Source: Octopus bimaculoides
Taxonomy: Eukaryota
DNA length: 64,000 nucleotides
Direction of reading: 5' to 3'
Assembly (NCBI RefSeq): GCF_001194135.2
Contig: NC_068990.1
Location: forward strand, 84,159,634-84,223,633
The notes beneath the pieces are model-generated. The model made no database searches. It was given only the letters and a program-made list of their open reading frames with translations, and was not told the origin of the DNA. The translations under genes were made by a program, and so were the position numbers. Positions 53,681 through 64,000 of the stretch are shown here, piece by piece. How positions within the stretch are numbered: position 1 is the stretch's first letter; the number at the start of each line of letters is the position of its first letter.

Positions 53681-53849
53681 TGTGGAAGAAAAAAAGGTAT
53701 GAAGAGATGGGAAGAAATGGTAAAAGCTGGACTTAAGAAGCATAATATTACAAAGGAAATGATATGACTGCAAGAAATGGTTCGACACTGCACTAGACGA
53801 AACTCTTCCAACCTATACAAGCAGGGAAAAGCAGATTAAAATATTGAGT

Positions 53850-53942
53850 TACACTTATACATACACATATACACATATATACATGCATGCATACATACAT
53901 GAATGTCCAAATACGTATACATACATACACAGGCATTTATAC

Positions 53943-53998
<56 letters not shown>

Positions 53999-54185
53999 CA
54001 TATATATACACACATACATATATACATACATGTTCATATAGATGTATATATATATATACACACACATATACATATATATATACATATATACACACATATA
54101 TACGCATACACACAAATATATGCATACACGTATGTATATATATATGCGTATATATATATGTATGTATACATACATATATATATGT
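53850..54185. repeat. Long interrupted (TA/CA)n low-complexity tract
   Basis: Direct reading; source of several spurious YI-rich ORFs. Confidence 0.95.
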
Positions 54186-54199
54186 CACACTGATCGGTG

Positions 54200-57100
54200 G
54201 CAAAAAAAAAACTGATTTTCATATTCTCTCATTAACCAATACTAATATCCTCGTCTGTTCTTCGTGTACGGAGGGAGGTAAAGAATCCGATCGTTTTTGT
54301 TTTTACTTTTCTATCTTTTATTCAATAAACGCAATTGATATACGATATAATCCTTAATTATTCTCCATAGAATACAGAACCCATGCAGATAGTAATTACT
54401 AAAAAGACAGACCAGGTACATGCTACAGTACTGACGTAGTTCGAACATACAGGATGCTGCGATCATCGTCGGTTTTTAATTGCTTTAAGCATATTAATAT
54501 TTACAGTAACAAATCCATGAGCCTTTGAATATCTTTAATGCTCAAACTGGAAAATTATCTATAATTCAGTCCATACATACATACATGGATAGATAAATAA
54601 TACACAGATAGACGTACAAGTCTGATGTTTGTTATAAAGTGGGAGTTATGTCAACTGACTCGATTTTATCAATACTATAGATAAATGTTACAGATATTTT
54701 CAGAGACTAGAACAAGCAGTCTAATATATCGATCCCTCTCGTCTGCGACCGGTACCGTTATTTCTCTGACTACGAAAGAATGAAAGCCAAAGTTGACCTC
54801 AGACCGTAAAGGGCCGCAACTGAATACCGCAAGGTATTTTGTCCAATACTCTTAAATGATTGTCAACCACCGCCTTTTTGTAATAATTATAATTTCTTAA
54901 GACACAAAACTAGAAATCGGACGGTGGAGGTAAATCGATTAAATCGATGATTCCCAGAGATTGACTAGTAATTTATTGTCTCGATTCCTAAACGATGAAC
55001 TGCAAAGTGATGAGATTTGAACTCTGCACGTAAAGCACTGCAACATACACTGCTCTGAAACGATCGGCCAACCACCCGCCCTTTTATAACAATAATTAAT
55101 TTGATTTTGATATGGGCACAAAAGACTAAGATTTTTTTTTTTTCTTTTGGTGGGGGAGCTGATTAACTGAATAAATATACCCCAGTACTTGACTGGCACT
55201 TTATCATTTCCAGAAGGATGAAAAGCCTTCAAATATTTAAGTCAAAAACATCGCCTGATTCCTTCCTCAAAATCTCAGGACCTGTGCCTACACGAGAGAA
55301 AAAAAATCATTATGACGTTGCCTTTCATCCCCTTAGGGGTCGATAAAATAAGTACCAATTGAGTACTGGGGTTGATGTAATCGACTAGCCTTCTCTCACA
55401 AAATTCCAGGCCTTGTGCCTATAATAGAAAGGATTATCATCATCATTATTACTGCTCAAACCCTAAGGTAATTGTACAAGCTTGTAATAAATCATTTCTA
55501 ATAGACTGACACAAGCTCACATCTTAAGGAGGGTATTCATAGTCAATGCAAGCGAGATTTGAACGTATAAGAATTTAGTCCAGTGCTCTACACATTTCTT
55601 TCAAGTAGACAGAGGTGGAATGAGGAATATAATCGATTGTTGCAATCTTCAACATATTCTTTAGTTGACCTCTGGGTAGGAAGAAAGCAGCCCTGAGAAA
55701 TATTGATAGCACTTGCGATGCCTTGCTATATATATAGCTGTGTCCCTTTGTGTTTTACGTTCAAATACCACCGAACGTTTAGCATTTTTTTTTCATCTTC
55801 CTGGGATCGAGATAAGTCGATTAAAATCAATTACTAATCAAGTATTGAAAAGGGAGATGAGAACAATATCTCCACCTACTCTCAAAAAAATATTCGTGAT
55901 CATTTGCCTATTAGAAATCAATGAAGATTGTGATGTTTGACTCCAAGTCACCCAATATTTACGATCAAACACATAACTTAATTTCAAGCATAATGTAGTC
56001 TATGAGCACACACTCTCTCTCTCTCTCTAATGATAGAATGTGATTTGAAGATTTAGCTGTTATTTCTAGCATACTAAGCGGCCACGTAGAGGTTCATTCG
56101 TTGGTTCGACTGATGTTTGTGCTGTTGATGAAGAAAGAATTAAATTGCCGGTTAATACTTACGGTGTGGTTAATGCCCCACATGAAGACACTGAGGAGAG
56201 GTTCGTTAGCTCTGAACAGCTTCACTTTTTGTTGGACAGTTTTCATTTTAAGGTGCTTCCTTTTGGCACTAGCCATGTCTGTTGGTTTATTGTTTGGTTG
56301 GTTCCTTTATTATTGTAAATGATCACAAAATTCGAGGGTCGGGAGAGAGAAATCACTCACAGACACACTACAAAACACAAGATAAATATAGCAGGTGCAG
56401 TGTTTGGAATTCTATCACAGCAGCCTGCACAAGACTTTCAACTAAAATAACCAGACATCCTCCAGTGGGGAATGAGAGTTAAAGTGAAGCTGTTCGTATC
56501 AGTTAAGTACATACAACTGTGTGGGAGTGTGTAGATTGTGAGATATATATATGTGTGTGTGTCTGTGTATGTATGTGTGAATGTATGTATGTGTTTGAGT
56601 GTGTGTATGTATGTATGCGACTGACAACTGAGACGTGCGGAATCGTATAACGGTGGCAAATGGTGTTCAGCAGAAATACAAATATTCACATATACATATA
56701 TATATATATGAATGTATATATATCTATGTGTGTAGATGTTTATATTACAAGTGAATATAAATCTGCCTCTTTACAAGCAGATGGTTTCAGATTATGACAG
56801 ATCTTTGTTGGGTTCTGCTTTGTTTTGTTTTGATTTCTTCTTCTTTTGCCTTTTAAATCCTGTTTCATGAGTCATGAAAATCCCAATACGAAGGGACAAG
56901 AAAGCATGTTGTTCTTGTGTTGTAGTGGCAGTGGTTGTGCACTGTTGTTGCTTTTGATGTTGTTCTTAATATCAGAGGCGGTATTTAGACGAATACCACG
57001 ATTTCAAAAAAAAGTCAAGTCAACTTAAGTAAATCCATAAACGAACACATACAAAAAAAAAACAAACAAGTCACCACTGGACAGTTTAGCTATTGAAAAA

Positions 57101-57395
57101 AGGGGTCTGTTTCTATCTCTCGTTCCTTTTTTCTGCTCTTTCTCCCTTTCAAACTATCGCTTGACTCGGTATAATTGTTTTTTTTCTGTTAAAATATCTT
57201 CCAACAAGCGCTAAACTATGTTTTCCTTATTGCTTCTTAATGATATACCGTATTCAGGTCTACGTTTGTTTTGCTCCACGGATGAATAATCCTCCATAAT
57301 TATCCGTCTTAAATTCTTCTCCGTTGGATACTTTGAAAATTCAATAGACAGATAGGTAGATAGATACACAAACACACATATAGATATACAAACAC

Positions 57396-57426
<31 letters not shown>

Positions 57427-57750
57427 CGTGTGTGTAATTACAGAGGTATGTCTTCCAAGACGGTGAGTGTTTCAAAAGTGATGGAGGTTAATAAATGAAT
57501 AGCAATTGGGAAAGAGAGAAAGAGTGGGAGGTAGGAGAAAAGCAAAATGTTCTTCCAGTGGATAGTGGTGTCTGCCCAAAACACACCACTGGCCAGGGAT
57601 TGTACCGCTGGTCTGTCCTACTTAATTCACTGTCGCCCCTGGCCGCGTCACTTTACTCCTCCACTTGTCTAGTACTAATACCAAAATGGCGATGATTGCT
57701 CTGGATTTCCCAGCAGGCCTTGCCAGATTCTATTTGCAAGGGAGATCACT
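54200..57750. promoter_or_regulatory. CpG-rich promoter region around the PIP4K2 5' end
   Basis: CpG dinucleotides are visibly frequent here and scarce in the flanks. Contains AP-1 TGAGTCA inside a 17-nt palindrome TTTCATGA-G-TCATGAAA (56863-56879) and a YY1-like CAAAATGGCG (57682-57691). Confidence 0.7.
56163..56276 (-). CDS. PIP4K2: First coding exon of phosphatidylinositol 5-phosphate 4-kinase type 2 (38 codons, phase-0 donor)
   Basis: Translates [38 protein letters not shown], matching the PIP4K2 N-terminus as I recall it (human PIP4K2[30 protein letters not shown]). Strong start context (GACATGG) and a canonical ACC|GTAAGT donor at 56162. As I recall, vertebrate exon 1 ends at this same codon. 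Confidence 0.95.
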
Positions 57751-59377
57751 GCACTGCTTTTTCCTCCCCCTCACCTCCCCCACACTATCACTACTTTCTC
57801 TCATGGTGCAAACAGCAGACCTTTCTTTCAATTCCCACCTCTCTCTCTTTCTCTCTCTGCCTCTTTCTCTCTCTCTGCCTCTCTGTCTCTTCCTCTTTCT
57901 CTCTCTGTCTATCTCTTTGCCTCTCTCCCTCTCTTCCTCGGTCTTTCTTTCTCTTCTTCTTTCTCTAATTATATTCGTGCTAGGGCGACAAGTTGTTGTT
58001 ATTGTTTAGCCTCAAGTCAGCCCTAAATGAGCAAAGCTATAATAAAAGACGTCCCAACCGTGACCATCTTGTTTTTTTTTTTTACAGCTATGAGTGAATT
58101 GGAGGAAATTTAGCTTCTATCTCTAGCCTACAGCGCAATGATGCAGAGGTACCCAGAAGTTAGCAGAAAAGATATAGCGATAAGGTTGTACTAAACACTT
58201 TTCATTTTATTTCTTTGGTTTCATTCCACTACATTCTGAGTTCAAAATTCTTCTGGGATTTTTTTTTTTTTTTGCCATTTTGAAATTGATTAAAGAAAGT
58301 ACCAGTAATATTTTACAATTAGTTGTACTTCTTCCCTTTTGCTGTTGTCTTCCTCCTCCTCTTGTAATTAATAAAATAAAGAAGAATCATTATTCATTTA
58401 ATGTAACTAAAATTTTTTCCGCATTCTGGTACAACATCGTTATTGATTAACACCAGGTCAGCCCTGAATGAGCAGCCCATGATCAAAGGCATTCCAAACA
58501 GGACCATCCTGACTGTTTAGAAGTAAGTAGGAATCTTTTATCCAATGCAGCATTACCTTTCTCAAAGTAGTGGGGTGTACATTTGAGGGAGATTTAGTTG
58601 TTATTTCCAGTAGATTGAGAGACCAGGTCTAAGACCTCACAGAAATAGCAGAGGGAGAGCAATGGACAAAAATGGGACCCTTACAGCTAGCAATTGAGAT
58701 AGGAAGTAGCTGAATCCAAGACAATGAAAGAGAAACAGAAAGTGTTAATGAGAATCATAAAGATTTTTCTACATGAGGATCATAGCCAGATTGACAATTA
58801 ACAATTAAGACAGTTGAAGAGGGGATAAACTCAGGAGTCAAGCTATAGATAATGGCATTGTTTGAGATATGGTGAAAGCAGTAAGTTTGAACTCGGATGA
58901 GAAAATTCCAGCTGTTTTTGTAAACAAGACTGTTCAATGAAAGATCAAGGTCACCTGAGTAGAGCAATGCAAAAAAAATATCAATGAACTTGTAAACAAA
59001 TGCATTGCCCAATCATGCAAAAAAAAAAAAAAAAACTACCTATAAACCCATACTCTCAAATCAGAAAAAAAAATGTCTGGTTTGAAAATCAAGAGTCGCC
59101 AATTGCATAAAATTGAGGACTGTTCAGAAATAACAATCCTAAGTTTATATATGTTTTCTTTTATTCTCCACATACCAACAGAAGACAGACCTCATCTAGT
59201 ATTATTGGCACAGTAAACCACAATAGTTAAATAGCATGAAGTTTGTGAGAACAGGTTTGAAATAGGACAATAATTCAAGCATAGAATACAATCAGTTTCA
59301 ATTTACAAAGTAAAGGTACAGTTTACATAAATGGTTATGGAAATGTACACATTCATGTTTTACAAAGTTAACTGAGC

Positions 59378-59482
59378 AATTTATGTTGTAGAAAAAGGGT
59401 TATTAATATAGTAATTTATGTTGTAGAAAAAGGGTTATTAATATAGTAATTTATGTTGTAGAAAAAGGGTTATTAGTATAAT
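59378..59482. repeat. 35-bp tandem repeat, 3 copies
   Basis: aatttatgttgtagaaaaagggttattaatatagt at 59378, 59413 and 59448. Confidence 0.95.
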
Positions 59483-60165
59483 TTATTATTATTATTATTT
59501 ACTTTTAATCTGTATGCTTGTTACAATTACTCGCTGAGACACACCCAGCATCCTAGGACAAGTGAAAGATAAGAGATGTTATAGTATGACTGAAAGTTTG
59601 GGGAGGGCAAGTGACAGGGGCAGTAGCAAAATATCCTCATGTAATAAAACATACACATTTAAATTGATAGGGTTTTTCTAAGGATGTGGACAGTACTTGT
59701 CAGCACAACCTTTTGGATTTCTCTGAGACATGGTTCTCCTGGGATCTTATCTAGATGTATCTCGCATCCCTTTCTTATCATATCAAGGGCACCCACAATA
59801 ATAAGAACAGGTCTCGCTTTAAGATGCCACATCTTTTGTATTTCAATTTCCAGGTCCTTATATTTACTTAATTTATCAAATTCCTTTACAGATATATTTT
59901 CGTCAGTGGGAGCACTTACATCTATTAGTCTACAAGTATTTTCTTCTCTCTCTTTAATGACTATGTTTGGTTGATTAGCCTGAATCATTCTGTTGGTGTT
60001 GACTGGAAAATCCCAGACGATAGTGACATTTTTACCTTCAACGACTGGCTCAGGATGATGTTCATACCAATAAGCAGGAATACTTACTTTGTAGTGTTTA
60101 CATATTTTCCAATGTAAATATTGTCCTACCCTATCATGGCATATTATTATTATTATTATTATTAA
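59482..60165 (-). mobile_element. 5'-truncated R4/Dong-like retrotransposon with RLE domain, (TAA)n at both ends
   Basis: Uninterrupted frame 60141..59659: CHDRVGQYLHWKICKHYK..WYEHHPEPVVEGKNVTIVWDFPVNTNRMIQANQPNIVIKE..LIDVSAPTD..KLSKYKDLEIEIQKMW. Flanked by (ATT)n at 60143-60164 and about 59482-59499. Confidence 0.92.
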
Positions 60166-62029
60166 TGTAATTAATTTAATAAAAAGAGATAAGTAATTTT
60201 CATGTTTCAGTCAACTTAAACGTGTCTCATATTAAGACAGGCTAAATGAGACTAATTCAGTGTTCTAGAAAATATTATCAAGTGGATTTTCTTGAGTTAA
60301 CACCTTGTTTGAATGTAACATGTGTACAAGTAGATCATGGTAAAGAAGTAGAAAGAAAAGAAGTTAAAATATATGTTTTTAAACCAATGAAGTAGAAATT
60401 GACAAATGGTTTTCCATTCAATTTTATGTGTCTTGCAATTAAAGATAGTTGAAAATAGAGCTGTTTCTATTCTGTGTTGATGTTTCTATAATATTTGTGG
60501 AAATGATAGCGTTGTAACAGTTGTTTATCGCCAGTTCAACTCTAATCGAGTAGCCCAAGAATCAAAAGCATTCCAGCTGTGGTCACCTAGTTTTTTTAAT
60601 GGTATTTAATACTAGGGTGGTTGATTGGCTGAACCATTAGAGCACCAGAAAAATACCTTGTGGTATTTATTCCAGCTCTTTATGTTCTGAGTTCAAATCC
60701 CATCACAGTTAACTTTGCCTTTCATCCTTTGAGGGTCAAAAAAAAATAAAGTTGTGCTGTACGCTTTCAGTTTGGTAGTTTGTGCTTTCATACATGTATG
60801 TGTGTGTGTGTGTGTGTGTGTGTCTCACTCTCTTTTCCTACAGTCGCACACACACTCACACATATACATACATACATTATATATACACCCCTGTCATATT
60901 GTGGTAATTAAATAAGGTGACAAGTATTATAATAACATAAACTAGAATACAAATGTGGTGAGAGATTGACTTAATCTCTTGCCATGTTTAATATCAGCAT
61001 CTAATTATTTGGTCACTATTAGCAAGTCAGCTCTGTTACAAAAACTTAGACTATGTCTCAGACCTGAAGATAACTACTGAGTTTTGGTGCTTTCCTTTGC
61101 CCCATTATTAGGTGCCCTGCAGAAAAAGGTCAGTAGGAACTTCTCTGACTAAGAAAAAGGTCATGCTTACCTCCTCTGGCTAATTCTTAAAAACAAGGAA
61201 ATTTATCAAGCAAAAAAAGAAGATATCAAATAGTGCAGAAAATGTATTCATATAAAATTTTTTATTATTATTTGTTATCAGTTGTCTGTAGACAAAACTA
61301 TAACATCCTCAGGTCATAATTTTTTCTGAGCAAAATAGTGTCAGCTGATTGCAAGTTCTTGCTGAATCATTTTTATTCCAGAGATTTCCTTCTCTTTGGT
61401 GGATTGTCTTCACTATGACTGGTGAGCACCATCTCCCCTTGACTATACAGGATGGCTGTTTGTTCTCCTCAGTTTCTCTGGTCTTTGGCAGGTCTTGATT
61501 TTCAGCTCACAGGCTGTATAAAAATCACACTCTTCACCAAGTAACCAGTTACCAGTTTAGTTGCTGATCACCTGATCATGCAACAGGTTGTATTGGGTTA
61601 CATATTTCCAGTGGTGCATGAGTAACCTAATATATAAAAAATTACATATTAAATCATATCTGGTTGAAGTGCTAAGTCAACATCTGTATTGAATCCAGAT
61701 ATTTTAAAGGAATTCCATCAAAATCCAAATAGAAAAGGTTGAATTTTAAGCACAGGCACAAGGCAAAAAAAATATACTTGATTTGTATTTTTTTTTCTAC
61801 GATAATAATGATGATTTCTAACTATAGTACAATACCATACATTTTGGGGGCGGTTATACTAAATATTATTGACCTCTAGCACTAGACTGATGCTTATTAT
61901 ATTGAAATTGAAAGGATACAAAGTAAGTAAAATCTAACAAACTTAGAAGTTAAAGTAACACAGCTAAACACTGTAAAGCTTTATTTCTCAGATGCTCTAC
62001 CAATTCTACCACTTCACAAACATCAAGGC

Positions 62030-62156
62030 TTAAAATGGACAATCACATCACTGAATCTCAAAGCGACAAGATACAAGACAATCTAGGATTAATTCAAAAC
62101 AATGTGAATGAATAAGTATTACATTTGACAGAGGAATCTGAATCCTAAAGGGTTAA
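62030..62156. mobile_element. piggyBac-type MITE, partial
   Basis: aatgtgaatgaataagtattacatttgacagaggaatctgaatcctaaagggTTAA terminus. Confidence 0.65.
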
Positions 62157-62343
62157 CCTTTCTCATTTCTACTGCACAACACTTCACTTGCTTCCTCATG
62201 AAACAGACACCAAAACAATGGTAACAATGATACCTCTTAAAACAGAAGTTATTAAATTTTATGATAAAACAAAGAATTCATTTGATCTCCGACACTCCCA
62301 GGTACTTCATTGATGGTAATACAATGTTGAATAATTATATACA

Positions 62344-62383
<40 letters not shown>

Positions 62384-62420
62384 CTATCTACACATCTACA
62401 CACACACACACACACACACA

Positions 62421-62650
62421 TCATCATCATCATCTTTTAACATCCGTTTTCCATGCTGAAAATATAACCATCATCATTTAGCATCCGTTTTCCAGGCTAG
62501 CATGAATTTGATTGGATTTGACTGGGACTGGTAAGATAGAGAGCTGTTCCAGGCTTCGGTCTGATTTGGCTTGGTTTCTACAGCTGGCTACCCTTCCTAA
62601 CACCAGCCACTCCAAAAGTGTAGTGGGTACCTTTTACGTGTCACATGCAT
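62421..62650 (-). mobile_element. RTE-tail-related SINE with a duplicated terminal segment
   Basis: catcatc..aacatccgttttccatgctg occurs twice, then ..cccttcctaacaccagccactcc. Confidence 0.7.
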
Positions 62651-62797
62651 AGGCCACAACTATGATTTCAATTGGTTAGACATTTCTTCTCAAACATAGC
62701 AAATTGCCAAAGGTCTCAATCATTTGTCGTTGCCTCTGTGAGACTCAACATCCAAAGAACATGGTTCACCACCTCATCCCATGTCTTCATGAGCGAA

Positions 62798-62830
<33 letters not shown>

Positions 62831-63164
62831 TAGTAAATAACAGAGAGAAATAGAGAGAGTGCAAAAGACTGAGTGAGAAAGATTGAGTTACGTGTATACT
62901 ATAGACAAAGATACATATAGCTCTCCATTTGTGCATATGGGTATATATATATATATATAGATAGATAGAGAGATAGATAGATAGATAGCATCTATTGCTA
63001 TTAATAGCTGACGAGAATGCATTGTACCTCTTCGCTCCGACATTCGAAACTCTGAGTACTATAATGACAACTTACTGTTTGTTCTAAATTATAACATATA
63101 TAAATAATCCTCTATTTATCTAATATCGAGGTCTCATTCTTTTGTTGTCATTTTTTATTAATAT

Positions 63165-63209
<45 letters not shown>

Positions 63210-63584
63210 ATACACTTTAAATAACACTCAAAACTATGGTTGTATGATGTTCCTATCTTGTTATATGCACGTACACACACAAACACATTCGTATAAAAAC
63301 GACATACAGTCAAGAATCTACATGGCCATAATTAAGATATATGATCTAATCCCAATCACAACATATCCTGCTGAAATTAATCAATGCCATCAACTTCCTT
63401 CCTTATATCAAAACAAATAAGAACCCAATTTCCTAGACATACGATTCCAAATCTTCCATCAGTGAATTACCTACCACTTTCATCTACAAATATAGAAACT
63501 GCTGCAATTTTGTAAAAACTAACAAGATTTCTTATTTGCACACTATTTGCCAATTTTTGAAGAAATAGAACATATATAGGTACA

Positions 63585-63950
63585 GACATGGCTGTTGGTT
63601 ACGAAGCTTGCTTTATAAACCATATGGTTTGGGATTCAGCCCCACTGCATGGCAGATTGGGCCAGTGACTTCTACTAAAGTTGTGAGTCAACCAATGCCT
63701 TGAGTAAATTTGGTGGACAGGAAATGTGCATAAGCTTGTTGTGCATGTGTTGCGTGTATAATATATATATATACACACACACACTATATACATACATATT
63801 ATACACACATATATCTTCATCATGTATGTATGCATTTATATACTTATGTATGTAAGTATGCATTCATTATGTATGTTATATGAATGCACATATGTATGTG
63901 TGTATGTATGCATAGCCAGTGTCCAATGACTGAAACAAGTTAAGAATAAA
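63585..63950 (+). mobile_element. Older copy of the same SINE family with expanded internal microsatellite
   Basis: Head gacatggctgttggttacgaagcttgc..ggattcagccccactgc, tail gtccaatgactgaaacaag. Confidence 0.7.
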
Positions 63951-64000
63951 AGATAATTGTGGGCACAAAGTGGTCAAGTGGTTATTATATTGGACTACTA

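Larger units (their letters stand above)
1..56162 (-). other. PIP4K2: Probable intron 1 of PIP4K2 (at least 56 kb, extends past the left window edge)
   Basis: Begins at the GTAAGT donor. A manual search found no sequence encoding MLMPDDFKA or KIKVDNH. The + strand looks A-rich (sense strand T-rich) and the region is repeat-dense. Caveat: a roughly 95-nt exon could be hidden in an N gap. Confidence 0.7.

Noticed and set aside
57665-58009. 114-aa ORF starting near AAAATGGCG
   Set aside because: The second half is a (CT)n low-complexity tract and there is no homology or donor. The motif is better read as YY1-like.
58755-59012. Minus-strand ORF with LLYSGDLDL, resembling an RT YADD motif
   Set aside because: Single weak motif with no other ordered RT motifs, so it could not be assigned.
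61382-61421. RFPSLWWIVFTMT, resembling a K+ channel pore helix
   Set aside because: The TVGYG selectivity filter cannot follow (next codon starts with G; read-through gives TGEHH) and no other channel exons were seen. Kept only as a generic exon candidate.

Overview
AT-rich animal genomic DNA, almost certainly Octopus (inferred from characteristic octopus SINE, RTE and MITE families and dense (TA)n/(TG)n/(ATT)n microsatellites). It is a draft assembly with seven N gaps. One host gene is securely recognisable: the first coding exon of a phosphatidylinositol 5-phosphate 4-kinase type 2 (PIP4K2) on the minus strand (56276..56163, [38 protein letters not shown]|gtaagt). The expected second exon (INEL..H..PVMLMPDDFKA..KIKVDNH) was not found by eye in the rest of the window. 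Positions 1-56162 therefore appear to be one intron of at least 56 kb, unless the exon lies in a gap. The intron holds decayed Tc1/mariner (maT-type), hAT (ZNF862-like), Tigger/pogo, Helitron, RTE, R4/Dong-type and probable Penelope relics, plus hAT and piggyBac-type MITEs and many SINEs. Main leads: (i) a second CpG-rich, promoter-like island inside the intron (43.7-45.8 kb); (ii) several phase-1 exon-like segments that can be hand-joined into a small signal-peptide, Cys-rich ORF, or that could be poison exons (speculative); (iii) a pair of young inverted SINEs that could form a dsRNA editing substrate; (iv) R4/Dong-type elements associated with (TAA)n repeats. No prokaryotic system and no CRISPR array is supported.
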